In this document: positions 40,610 to 53,186 of the stretch, one piece after another
Numbering within the stretch: position 1 is the stretch's first letter
How the letters are laid out: every line of letters starts with the position of its first letter
Translations under genes and position numbers: made by a program
The notes under the pieces: model-generated
Databases searched by the model: none
Told to the model about the DNA's origin: nothing
The model's input: the letters and a program-made list of their open reading frames with translations, nothing else
Origin: Eledone cirrhosa
Taxonomy: Eukaryota
NCBI GenBank assembly: GCA_964016885.1
Contig: OZ024752.1
Coordinates: forward strand, 37,758,001-37,822,000
DNA length: 64,000 nucleotides
Direction of reading: 5' to 3'

Positions 40610-42430
40610 GCCCACCAACATCTCAACGACAACAGTCTCTACTCGGAAGTCACTATAATTACACCTGCGTTGATAGAAAACCGGATCAACACCGCCTGGA
40701 CCAAAATCTGCGACCGACGAAGGCTCCCGAAGGGATTCCGGTATAATTACATAACGAGAAACAGCAGGCTGCCTAACTTCTACCACCTGATCAAAACTCA
40801 CAAAGAAGGACCCGCCCTGAAAATTAGACCCATTGTCTCCAGTGTTGAAGGACCATTTTATAAAATCTCTTGGCTTCTGTCCAAGGTTTTAAAGCCCCTG
40901 TTGACAACCTTCCCTGGCCACGTTTACAGCTCGGATGATGTTATCCACCGACTTAACCAACTAGAACTTGACACCTTCAAATCCAACAGGTACGCCTTCA
41001 GCCTAGATGTAGTATTCCTCTACACATCGGTAACTGCACTCCCGGCAGTGGACATACTCACTGAATGTGTCGGTTTCAGCGACCTGGATTGTAAACAATG
41101 CCTTTTTCAACTACCTGGGTCAAACCTACCGACAGACCGCTGGACTGCCCATGGGATCCAGCCTCCCGGGTTTACTGGCCATTTTCGAATCTTCCAACAA
41201 TGTTGACAATAACATCAAGTTCAGCATTGAACATCCCACCGACTCCGGGTCCCTCGCCTTACTCGATTTCAGACTGAACATCTCTGATAGCGGTGATATC
41301 CACACCGATTTCTACCGCAAAGCGACCAATAGGGACCTGTTTGGGCATTACAAATCTGCCCTCCCCAACAGCTCTAAAAGAAGGTACACCTTCAACGAAA
41401 TGGCTCGCATACACAACCAATGTAGTGACGCTGCTAATAGAACCACCCATACCAGACGATTCGACAAAGAACTAGACATTAACAGCTATCCAGCTTCCTT
41501 CTCCACTCCACTATGAAACCCCAGATCCAGAGACCGGACCAACACAAACAGCAGTTGCTTCTTCAAGATCCCACATCCAGCGAGGAAACCACCAACGCCA
41601 TACGCAAAGCCATCAGAAGAGAGGGCCTCAATATCAAACTAGTTCACTCTGGACCTTTCCTGCGCAGATGCCTCTCCACAAGACAACACCCCAACGTGGA
41701 TAACGGATGCACCCTAGAAATTGCCCCATCTGCAACACTATTTGGTGCTTACGTACCTACGTAGTATACTGGCTAGAATGTAACAAGTGCAATCTATTTT
41801 ACATAGGCAACACTATTCGACCGTTACCCCCCCCCCCCCCCCCCCCATTAAACAGCATGTTAACACCAACTCCTCTTCCTTCCGCAAACACATCATCAAA
41901 TGCGGAAACCGGACAACATTGCCACCACAATCTTAGCTACCGAACGCAGTATAGGCACGCTGAGAATTAAGGAAGCTCTCTTAATCAAGCAATTAAAACC
42001 TAGGACCAATAATCGAATGGAAAGAAGTGCACCAGAATGGCTAATTTAAAAGCCTGTATTCCAACATCCCAGCGGCCAGTTTCATTCTTTCTTTCAAATT
42101 AAATCTATGTCCTCACTAAGCAAACACTACACACATACACATATTTCCCGTTTTATTATATACATATTCGCACACACCTTTGACTACATAAACTTACATT
42201 CATGTACACATATACAAAGATCCCACTAAGCACACTTACATTCACGCACACACATACACATATCATACATTTCACAACGCGCACGTTCGAAATTATAACG
42301 TCTTTTCATTTCATTTCACTTAAATCTGCTCTTCAAACAAGCAAATCAACTCTGATCGATCTTTTAAGTCTCTTAAGGATACTCCTTTGATAATGGGTTT
42401 TTAAACATGAAAATATTTCGGATTATCAAA
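40610..42430 (+). mobile_element. Decayed Penelope-like retroelement (RT + GIY-YIG endonuclease)
   Basis: Frameshifted segments LPNFYHLIKTHKEGPALKIRPIVSS, SLDVVFLYTS, YRQTAGLPMGSSL, IKFSIE..LALLDF..TDFYRKAT and VVYWLECNKCNLFYIGNTIRPL; YVDD region absent; decayed hammerhead-like motif at 42383-42422. Confidence 0.9.
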
Positions 42431-42920
42431 TTTGCTAAGGTAAGATTCTTTGTTATCTTAGCAATCTTGATTTTCTTTCTAATGCATTGTATGGTTTTCA
42501 AAATGATTTAAATTTGTGTTTCATATGTATGTGTGTGTGTGTGTTTGTGTGTGTGTTGTACTATGAAAACAAAAGACCAAGTTTAGTGGTTAATCAGTTC
42601 ATTATTTTACGATCGTTTCGGTGGATTGGCAGTATCGGAAGAGAGTCGGACGCCATGCTTTCCAGCAGAGTTACGTCCCTTTGCGGTCTGAGTTCAAATC
42701 CTGCCGAGGTTAACTTTGCCTTTCGTCCTTACGGGTCGATAAAATAAAGTACCAGTAATGTACTGAGTAATTGCTGGCCTTGTGCCAAAAGTAGAAACAA
42801 TTATTTTACGATCGTTTCAGAAAGTTGATCTTGATAAATCGACATAGTGACTAATTGATAGTAGTTATGTAACTCTACATCATTAGTCTCGATACTCCAG
42901 ATCATTCTTACCGTCTTAGA

Positions 42921-42966
<46 letters not shown>

Positions 42967-43023
42967 GACTGCCAAGACTGGAATTGAACCATCAGCACAG
43001 TTGAGGTATGTCAGACATCAATT

Positions 43024-43089
43024 TATTTTATCTGATGAGGACGTACTGATGAAATAGCTCAGTACCTCTGAAATATGTATAATAAAATA
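43024..43089 (+). ncRNA. Minimal hammerhead ribozyme motif
   Basis: TATTTTAT-CTGATGA-GGAcGTACTGA/TCAGTACcTCT-GAAA-TATGTA-TA-ATAAAATA; perfect 8-bp stem I. Confidence 0.75.
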
Positions 43090-43422
43090 TATTTGATCAC
43101 ATAAATGTCTATATTTATTAATATTTTGAAGTAATCATCATCATCATCATCGTTTAACGTCCATCTTCCACGCTTGCATGGGTTTGGACAGGAGTTTTCC
43201 CACTTGAGGCAAGATTGGTTGTCCTGCTCGTATAGGACTGTCTGGCGGGTTTTCTACGGCTGGATGCCCTTCCTAACACCAACCACGTTTACAGTGTGGA
43301 CTGGGAGGTTTTTACCGTGTTACCTACACGGCCAATATATATATATATATATATACGTTTCGGACATAAGCCCTTCTTCACGCGAAAAGTGTGTGGGAAG
43401 AGAGTTCCAAGGGTGTGTAAGA

Positions 43423-43469
<47 letters not shown>

Positions 43470-43590
43470 AAGGTAATGGAATGATTATATTGTGTTGTTT
43501 ATTACATAATTAAATAGCTCTGTGCTATACATAGAGCACTCTTCTTTCCTTTACCTTTTCCATAGAAATACTTAACACACACACACACAC

Positions 43591-43662
<72 letters not shown>

Positions 43663-44070
43663 TTATGTAATAAACAACATAAGATAATTATTTCATTTAC
43701 CAGTGGTTTCTTGAAACCAAACAAATCTGCTTTCAGTCATCAGAATGAAAAAATCCTGGTCTACATAACTATTAAGCTCTGTAAGCTACATAGAGCACTC
43801 TTTTTTCCTGGACCTTTCCGACAGAATTACTTCATTTATATATATTGTTTATAGTCTTAATTAATGGCATCTAACTTTCTGTTTTTGCCAATTAAATATA
43901 CATTTATTTACATTGTTTTAGTTGTTTATTTCTATAGTTCTTAATTTGTCGACTAGTTTTACTACATTGAGTTACTAGGGTAATATACTTCAGTGAGAGA
44001 TCGAACCCAGGTAAACTTTTCTATTGAATGGAAAGCGATTGGGTAATTTCTGGCAACGTCAGCATCGTTA

Positions 44071-44082
44071 CAAAATGGCGGC
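44071..44082 (+). promoter_or_regulatory. YY1-type promoter/initiator motif of the TMF1-like gene
   Basis: CAAAATGGCGGC in a locally CpG-richer segment ~1.6 kb upstream of the ATG-bearing exon; candidate donors follow (AG|GTTTGT ~44113, CAG|GTAACA ~44178). Confidence 0.55.
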
Positions 44083-44824
44083 TCCTACGCTAACTTTATG
44101 TTTCTTATCTAGGTTTGTCACCTTCAAATAAGACTTTCGTGAATATAACAGTAGATATAATTATTTACCATGACCAGGTAACATTTCAAACAGTTACTCT
44201 ATTATTTAAGATTTGCTTCATTGTGGTCCTACAACTAATAATAATAATATTAATTGTTAAAACATTACCTTCATTATCACGATCACTTCCGTCGTCTTAA
44301 AACAGAAATTCGTATAATTTCGACATGTCTTTGTATATTTTGTATTATTTATCATTCGTTTATATATGTCTTTGTGTCGAGTTATCTAAAAAAAAGACAA
44401 AACGTAGTTTAATTTATTTGTAAACGATATGGATGTTTTAGGTCAAATATGTTTTTGACAAGTTGTAGTAGTCGTTTTGTTAATGACATACATTAGGACG
44501 AAATCGATGTTTTCTCTCTTCTAATTTACATTTATTTATATTCAAAAGTCATCGATAACTGCATATGTGAATGAATAGATCTTTTCAGCATTCCTTGATA
44601 TAAAAATCTATGCGAAAAAACCCAACCAATTTAAGATAAATAAATCCGTCTCTTAAATGTTATTAGTATAACGTAAATAACGTAAATAGTATTTGTTGTC
44701 GACTTAATGTCAGTCTTAGATTATCATATGACAGCATATTAATCATATATGATGGCTGTTAGTGTTGCATTAAAAGTATCTTTTGTCGGAATGTAAACGT
44801 TTTATGTATTTCCTCATTCATATC

Positions 44825-44877
<53 letters not shown>

Positions 44878-45728
44878 TGCAGGTATGTTCAAGGTGGGGG
44901 TGTTGATCAAAATCTCCTACTGTCATTTTAAACCAACAAAATAGATGCGGAACAAAGTAACATTTTCATAAAGATAGGAATAAAAAACATTAAACAAATG
45001 GATCTATTAATTTATTAAATTAGTATAATTAAAGATTAAAGAAAGTGAAATAGAACCGAGTATTATATTAATGCTTTCATGGTGGATTGGCAGAATTGTT
45101 AGAGAGTCCGAATAAATGCTTTGCACTACATTTAGTCGCAGCCCTTTATGTTCTCAGTTCAAATCCCGCCGAGGTTAGCTTTGCCTTTCAATCCCTACGG
45201 GGTCGATAAAATAAAGTACCAGTCACGTACTGGGGATCGACAGCTTCCTGAATCCCTCATCTGACCATTACTCATAAGCTGGCTACCGAGTCGCAGCTCA
45301 TCCGTCTTCATTTTGTGCTGAAGCCGTTGGTCCCTTGAAAGATTGTCACAAAGTGACTGGGGAGCCCCATCTATCCCGGTTTTTGAAATCAGAGTGATCC
45401 TTCTTTTAGATAGACTGCCAACCAAGACTAACCAGTTCTGTTTACCTGTTTGTTTCTTTTTACACACTGTTGGATGACCGTTGACTCCCCAGAGTTTCTA
45501 CTTAAATTAAAATCTTCCAACATGGTTTGATATAAGAACCTTTTGTTATATTATAAACATTGGCAATACTTACAACATGACCATCCCTAAATATAACTGT
45601 TAGATTTTAATTTAAATAGGAACCCTTAAATACGGGTGATTTTAATTACATGGGAATTTTAATTGCATCTTGTATTTCTTGGTTTTATTTCTAGATCTAC
45701 CTATTAAAGCTGGATTAAGTTCTAAAAA

Positions 45729-45831
45729 ATGAGTTGGTGGGATTCACAGAACTTTGCTGACTTAGCTTCTAATGCATTGAGAAATGCACAGAAAAAAATT
45801 GATAAAGTACTTGATATTCAAGATGAAAAAG
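45729..45831 (+). CDS. TMF1: TATA element modulatory factor 1 (golgin TMF), first coding exon
   Basis: MSWWDSQNFADLASNALRNAQKKIDKVLDIQDEK matches the conserved TMF1 N-terminal MSW...A..AL..AQK.ID.VLDI motif; acceptor TAG at 45692-45694, donor G|GTAAA. Confidence 0.9.
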
Positions 45832-46377
45832 GTAAACAAAAAGGTTAGTCTATGTTTTATCTCTTTAATTCATACACCACAACATGAGGTCAACTTTGTC
45901 TTTCATCCATTCGAGGTCTATAAAAAAAAAGTATCAGCCTAGTACAGGGGTTGATTCTTCCTCTATATCTCTTTCTCACTTCCTCTCTCTCACTTTCTAT
46001 CTTTCTCTGGAGGACATCTGCTGTGTTCAGATCTGGAGAGGAATGGGTTCTGCCAGGCTTAAAAATTCCCAAGAAACACTGCATGCTATTGCAGCACCCC
46101 TACAACTCCATCAGGAGTTATGGGTCCATCCATTCATCAAAAGCCATTTTCCTTCATCTATTTTCAGTGTTCACGTAGCTATAGGTGAATGCACATGGCC
46201 TAGTGGTTAGGATCTTGTGCTTTTGATCTTAAAGTTGGTGTTAGATTCCCTGAACAGTTGGCACATTAAGTCCTTGAGCAAGACACATCATTTCATGTTG
46301 CTTTAATTCATTCAGTTGAAAATTAGTACCTCTAGCAGCAGCTGGGAGTTTACCTTGTTATGGATTGGTATCATGTC

Positions 46378-46725
46378 CACATTTACAGTGTGAAGTGGGT
46401 GCTTTTTGTCGTGACACCAACACAACCACTTTACAGTGTGAACTGAACACTTTTTGTTATGACACTAACACAACGTCTTTACAGTGTGGACTGGGCTCTT
46501 TTTGTCATGACACCAACACAACCATTTTACAGTGTGGACTGGGCACTTTTTGTTATGACACCAAGACAACTACTTTACAGTGTGGACTGGGCACTTTTTG
46601 TCATGACTCTAATACAACCACTTTGCATTGTGGACTGGGTGCTTTTTGTCGTGTCACCGAAACAACCACTTTACAGTGGGAACTGAGCACTTTTTGTTAT
46701 GTCACCAACACGACCATTTTACAGT
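46378..46725. repeat. ~48-bp tandem repeat of a dispersed repeat sub-unit (ACTTTACAGTGTGGACTGGG...TTTTGTCATGACACC)
   Basis: About 7 diverged units in the TMF1 intron; similar units at 28735-28930. Confidence 0.88.
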
Positions 46726-46866
46726 TTGTAAAAATTTGTGAACTATTCTCTAAAGCAAGAATTTCTTTTATTCTAGAAAATTGTAATTATAGTTTAGTGT
46801 TTTTTCATAAATTTATTTGTGTTTTAAATTCTACTAAATGTATAATTTTTTATTCAATTTTTATAG

Positions 46867-48867
46867 ATCCTAGATCTTCAAAAAAAGAGTTAGACGACTC
46901 CAGTTGGTCGACTTGGCTTCCTTTTGATCATGAGAAATTAACTTCACCTCGTAGTTCTTGGTCCTTGCCATTTGGTTTGAAAACCGAACCTGAAAATGAT
47001 AGCTTTTTCACCCAACAACCAAGTTCACCTGTCACACAACAAGCTCCAAAACAGACCAACTTACCTGTCATTTATCCTACTTCGTCTTCTTCTGAGAAAG
47101 AGATATTAACTCAGACGGAAGAGACAAGTGAAGAACTAAAAGGTGACATTTCTCAGCATACTAATTCGGAAGCTGACACAGGTAATCATCAGGATAAAGT
47201 TGAAGTAGACCAAACAACTTTAGAAGCTTTAGACGAAAATAAAAGTAAGAAAGATGAAAATATCTCATTATTTGATCCAAAAGAAAATAAAATGGAATCT
47301 CCCAAAGAGGATTCCTTTGTAGATATTTCTTCAGTTGGATCGAGTAACATTTCATTCGATAGTGAAAAGTCTAATTTACATGGACCTGAATTGGCAGAAG
47401 AAAGTAAATCAACCATGAATATAACTTCCCCTGCATTTGAAGAGATGTCTTCAAATGTAGACTCATCTATAGAGATTTTAAAAAGTCCTACTGAATATGT
47501 TCAACAAAGTTCATTTGAAGAGCTAGAATCTGAGGTAAAATGTGATGATAAGAGAGAAAGTGTACCTGATTATGAGAGTTCTCTTTTAGCTGTATGTGAA
47601 AAGACTGATTCCGATAACATTGAGAACTCACTTCAAGCAAATGATTCTTATTCAGAGCCTACAGATTCAAAAGACAATAATAGCAAATCATCTCATCAAA
47701 GCTTTCATTCTGATCAGAATAATGTGGAGCCCTCTGATTTAGATTTACAAAATGATGAACCTGTGGAAATTGAAAACCAAATACTGGAGCCTTCAAACAA
47801 TTCCTATGATAAAAATGAAAATGCTGGAGTTGAGTTGAATGCAGAATGCAATACTGCTAGTGGTACTGATGTTCAATCCTGTGATAACTCAGATCAGGTG
47901 GATATTACTTGTGAATCTTTAAATAGTTTTCAAACTATAGTTAGATCACAAACAGACAGTAATATAACTAATGAATCTGATGTAGTGGAGGCTGTTGAAA
48001 GCTGTGATATAAGTAGATTTACTCAGTCTTCCCCTCAAACCGAAATGGATCCTTCACCTCCTTTAGCTTCTGAATCGGTCGATGGAACTTGCCTCGATAC
48101 GCTTTCAGAAGAAGAAGAAAAATCGCAAAGAGACAATGAAAAGTGTTTAAAAGAAGATTCTGAAACATCTTTAAGTAACAAACAAGATCTTGAAGAATAT
48201 AGTCAGTTAAGTCCAATTGTGGAGGTAATGGAGGAAAGTACCAACAAGGCAGATTGTTATGAAAGTAAAATTGACAGCAGTGCTAATACAAGCAGTTGTT
48301 CTTCTGAGACTGTCATAGAGAAGGTTTCTACGAGTACAGAAACTGAAGGAAAACAAGAACTAGAAGCTACTGGTACAGAGAGTATCATGTCTTCCTCTTC
48401 CAATAGTTCCTATGTAAAATGTCTGATAGAAGAAGCTATGGAAGAGGCTCGTTCTGAGCACAGTGATAGCCATTCAAATTCAGCTGACCGATCAGAGAGT
48501 TCTAAAACAGAGTCAGAGCATAATAGCGAAAAAAGTGTTAGCGGCCATGACTCTGGAGATGAAATAGACACAACAACCTCATCAGATATTGAAATAATAT
48601 CTACGCCGACACCGAATGGGGAGCGTGGTGAACGTTTGTTTGATTTATCTCCCTTACGAATAACATTACACAAAAGCTTACGCCGGCACAGTCCTGTCCA
48701 TGCCCACCAACGATCAGATAGTCAATCAAGTTCTAGTACGTACAGCAAATGTGGAGAATCCGAGCAATTAAGTCCAGGGCGTGATAGTTTAGAACGACAA
48801 GATCTAGAATCTGGAGATGAAAGTAAAGATGGTGCTACAGCTTCGGTTAAAGAAGAACCAAATAGTG
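46867..48867 (+). CDS. TMF1: TMF1 large acidic/Ser-rich exon (2001 nt, phase 1-1)
   Basis: TTATAG acceptor, G|GTGAGT donor, open frame continuous with the previous exon; includes SGHDSGDEIDTTTSSDIEIISTP. The first ~167 aa of track ORF 46365..48917 are intronic. Confidence 0.88.
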
Positions 48868-49999
48868 GTGAGTACCTCTTCAATATTCATGGTCGATTGA
48901 TAGAATCGGTAGAGTGACAGACAAAGTGCCATGTGGCATTTAGTTGGGGGGGGGTCCTTTATATTCTGAGTTCAAGCCCTGCCAGTATCAACTTTACCTT
49001 TCATCCTTCCTTCCATTATTATCATCATCATCATCATCATCATCATCAGTGCGGTGGATTGGCAGTATCGGTAGAGCAGAGGGCAGTGTATTAGCCATAT
49101 AGATAGAACATCAGACAACATATAGTTATACCCCTTTATGTTCTGAGTTCAAATCCTACCGAGGTTAGCCTTGCTTTTCATCCTTACAGGGTCAATAAAA
49201 TAAAGTACCAGTAATGCATTGGGGTCGATTTAATCGACTTTACCCTGCTCCCAAATTGTTAAGATTTTTACTATGTTGCAAGCAAAGCCCAAATCTACTG
49301 CACCAGGGTCCAAAGACACTCCCTCAAGTTGTCATGCAAACCAGGGAATTAATAACCTTCCTTAGTTTGTATATCTTGTTTTTTTTTTGTTTCTCAACTG
49401 TAAGAAGTACTAGATACTTCTCCTAGTCTGTCATAGCTTCTGAGCTCTATACAGACGTTTAAATTGATTAAATGAATAAATAAGTTATAAATGATAATGT
49501 GACATTTAACATTTATTAAAAAGAACTAAGTCATAGGTATATCACTTATATATTGGTGTTTTATATATTCTAGATTAAGGATATATATATATATCATCAT
49601 CATCATCATCATCATTTTATGTCCGCTTTTCCCTGCTTGAAATGGTGTGGGATGAATTAAAATTTAAACAAAGAATTTCAGCTTTCACCCTATAATTGTT
49701 TCTACTTTTGGCACAGGGCCAGCAATTATCCAGTGTATTACTGGTACTTTATTTTATCGACCCTGTAAGGATGAACTCAGATCGTAAAGGGACGTAACTA
49801 CGCTGGAAAGCATGTCTGACCCTCTACCCTATAATGGGATCTTCTAAGTTTAATCTGTACTAATAATAAATATTTGCTATACAGTTTATATATACTTTTA
49901 TATATATATATATATATATGCAAAAGTTTTATTTAAAATTGTTGGGTTACAACAAGTAAATATTTTATAACTGATATAAAGCACTCAACAAGTTTTGGA

Positions 50000-50034
<35 letters not shown>

Positions 50035-50086
50035 CCTTATTGAGCCCTCTTCAGATTTTGGTCTTCGTAATTATTATTGCTATACA

Positions 50087-50241
50087 TACCGTAATTCCCG
50101 GCGTCGAGGACGCACCCTAATTTTGACAACCAAAAAATTTGAGAAAAAAATAATAAGCAACCTTCGGCCTCCAGGACGCATAATAGATTTTTTAGACTTA
50201 TTTTAGGAAAAAAGTACCATCTTCAATACCGGGAAATACGG

Positions 50242-50243
<2 letters not shown>
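50087..50243. mobile_element. pogo/Tigger-type MITE
   Basis: TA-CCGTAATTCCCGG ... CCGGGAAATACGG-TA. Confidence 0.8.
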
Positions 50244-50305
<62 letters not shown>

Positions 50306-50373
50306 GCACACACATATACACACATATATACATACATTACATTATTTACATATTGATATTTCATATATTCTAG

Positions 50374-50438
50374 ATAAAGATTCTTCTGAAGTTCCTTTAG
50401 ATGTGAAAGATGCTTGTCATCCACAAAAATTACTTAAA
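50374..50438 (+). CDS. TMF1: TMF1 next coding exon
   Basis: TAG acceptor, AAA|GTAAGT donor; DKDSSEVPLDVKDACHPQKLLK; phase 1 to phase 0. Confidence 0.8.
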
Positions 50439-50853
50439 GTAAGTAACTGCCATTCTCAAAATATTTTATTATTTTTCCCCCACCAAATATTCATCTCTAA
50501 TATTCCATGCATTTAATTATTTATTTATATGTGATTTCTAATGTTTTGCTTTCACTTCTTTCAATTTTATGTTCTTGAAGTTTGAGTAACTCTTGCAACT
50601 GCTCGTTATTAAATATGCTGACACTTGGCATAAATTACTTCAGTGTAGCATTGAAAAGATTGATTTTATTCCATTGAGGACTGATGTACTATACATGCAC
50701 CTTTGATGAGTTGTAGTGCACCTGAGCACTGTACACAATAATTTCATTATTATTATTAATATTTTCATGTATGTAAAAAAAGCAAATGACACAGAAATAA
50801 ATGACACAAGAAATATATATATTAGTTTAACGCTTGAAATAATAGGAAAAGAG

Positions 50854-50889
50854 TCCTAACGTTTCGGACACTTGTCCTTCATCAGAAGA
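50854..50889 (-). ncRNA. Minimal hammerhead ribozyme motif
   Basis: TCTT-CTGATGA-A-GGAC(AAGT)GTCC-GAAACGTT-AGGA; palindromic ACGT stem III. Confidence 0.68.
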
Positions 50890-51431
50890 TAGAATGATAA
50901 ATAAAAGATGAAATAGAAAGATAGCGAGTGAGAAGAGGAAGAAGGAATGGGAAAGAATCACACATGCATATTCAGTTAGCCATTTTGAGCAAAGACTTTG
51001 TTACAACATTTGTCAACATACTATGTAAATTAAAGCAACAACAACAAAACCATACAAGGATATACTATCTGATAAAGGCTACTTGCCTTACCTATAATTT
51101 CCTATTGTATTATTAACATATTTAAATAAAAGGCCCAAATCTACTGCACGACAAACAGCAAAATGTTTTGAAATTTCAAAATCCATTTTATAGATTTAAA
51201 CAAATTTGTCAATAGCTATGGATAATATATTAACATTTTCTTTATGTTAAAGAAATAATCTAAAATATACAGATCAATATGTCAAAGACATGACAGCCTC
51301 TCTAGTATTGATGATCTGTATGATAAACACACCCAGTACACGCAGTAAAGTGATTGGTGATAGGAAGGGCATCCAGTCATAAAGATCTTGTCAGACTAGG
51401 GGTTGGGAGAAGCCCTGAGTCGTGTCAAGGA

Positions 51432-51635
51432 TATGACAGACTCCCTAGTGTTGGTAATCTACATGATAAACACACCTAGTATATGACAGACTCCCTAGTG
51501 TTGGTAATCTACATGATAAACACACCTAGTATATGACAGACTCCCTAGTGTTGGTAATCTACATGATAAACACACCCAGTATATGACAGACTCCCTAGTG
51601 TTGGTAATCTACATGATAAACACACCCAGTATATG
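51432..51635. repeat. 50-bp tandem repeat x4
   Basis: TATGACAGACTCCCTAGTGTTGGTAATCTACATGATAAACACACC[T/C]AGTA. Confidence 0.92.
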
Positions 51636-52404
51636 TGGTTAAGTGGTTGGTGATAAGAAAGGTATCCAGCGGTAGAATTCTTGCCAAAAAAAGGGTTGGG
51701 AGGACCCTCAGTTGTTTCAAAGACATGACAACCTCACTTGTACACTTGTTGGGGCATCAACCGTACATAAGCGAGATGACAGATTCTTGACCTGCCTGGG
51801 AGAACAGTGGCTCCACTTCAGTACTGACTTTGCCTAGGTAGACCAGTCCAACCCTTGATAGCAGGGAAAATGGACATTAAAACAACGACGATGATGATGA
51901 TGATGATGATGATGTGTCATCCTGGAAATCATGGCAGCACTAAGTCAGTTATTCACCAGGTGGTTGTTATTTAAACCCAGATCAACTCCAATCAAACAGA
52001 TCTATAGTCAAAGGCATTCCAGTTGTGACCATCACATCTTTTTTTGGTGTGGGGTATTTAGGACTACACAACTGAATTCATTCAATGTTGTGCCCTTTTT
52101 ATTTTTTATTTTTTCGGCAACAAATTAACAGAGTTGTTAGGGCATAGTATTTGTTCTGTGCTCTGAGTTCAATCCTGCCAAAGTCAACTTTAGCTCTAAT
52201 CCCTTCAGGGTTGATAAAGGATGTACTGATCCAGAGCCAGATGTTTGATGGAATTGTAAATGGGTTGATATCTGGTCGGCTTCTGTACTTTCCAAATTCA
52301 AATTCCGCCTCCTTCTGCCAGGAGTTGCGACCAGCAAATAGTATTAACTAAGCTCTCTGCATATAGTTTGTATATAATGGTAAATAAAAGGTGTCACGAC
52401 AAAA

Positions 52405-52865
52405 AAACACACAGTCCACGCTGTAAATGTGGCCATGTAGGCAACACGGTAAAAACCTCCCAGCCCCACACTGTAAATGTGGTTGGTGTTAGGAAGGGCA
52501 TCCAGCTGTAGAAAACCCGCCAGACAGTCCACGCTGTAAATGTGGCCGTGTAGGCAACACGGTAAAAACCTCCCAGCCCCACACTGTAAATGTGGTTGGT
52601 GTTAGGAAGGGCATCCAGCTGTAGAAAACCCGCCAGACAGTCCACGCTGTAATGTGGCCGTGTAGGCAACACGGTAAAAACCTCCCAGCCCCACACTGTA
52701 AATGTGGTTGGTGTTAGGAAGGGCATCCAGCTGTAGAAAACCCGCCAGACAGTCCACGCTGTAATGTGGCCGTGTAGGCAACACGGTAAAAACCTCCCAG
52801 CCCCACACTGTAAATGTGGTTGGTGTTAGGAAGGGCATCCAGCTGTAGAAAACCCACCAGATAGT
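52405..52865. repeat. Tandem array (~4 x 115 bp) of a SINE/LINE-tail segment
   Basis: Repeated ACAGTCCACGCTGTAAATGTGGCC...GGAAGGGCATCCAGCTGTAGAAAACCCGCCAG. Confidence 0.92.
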
Positions 52866-53186
52866 CCTATGCGAGCAAGACAACCACTCTTGCCTCAAGT
52901 GGGAAAACCCCCGTCCAAACCCATGCAAGCATGGAACACGGACGCTAAACCTGATGATGATGATGATGATGAACACATATAAAGTATTTCAGATCAACTT
53001 CAACTTTTTTCTCAGTTACTCCAGTAGTAAGATAAAGATGATTCTCGGTCCTTTGAACCACGTTCTCCCTGTAGAGCATTCCGCTATATAATGTTCTCTT
53101 TACATTATTATATTGGATTGGCAGTATTGGGAGAGGGTCGGACGCCATGCTTTGACGTATAGAGTTACGGCCCTTGCCATTCTGAG

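Noticed and set aside
43354-43381. Hammerhead-like GTGAAGA-AGGGC(TTAT)GTCC-GAAACGTA on the minus strand
   Set aside because: Core C3 is replaced by G and stem I is lost to the adjacent (TA)n; counted only as a degenerate relic
46365-46866. Cys/Thr-rich N-terminal part of the 850-aa ORF
   Set aside because: Derived from a 48-bp intronic tandem repeat upstream of the real acceptor at 46866; the true N-terminus is the exon at 45729
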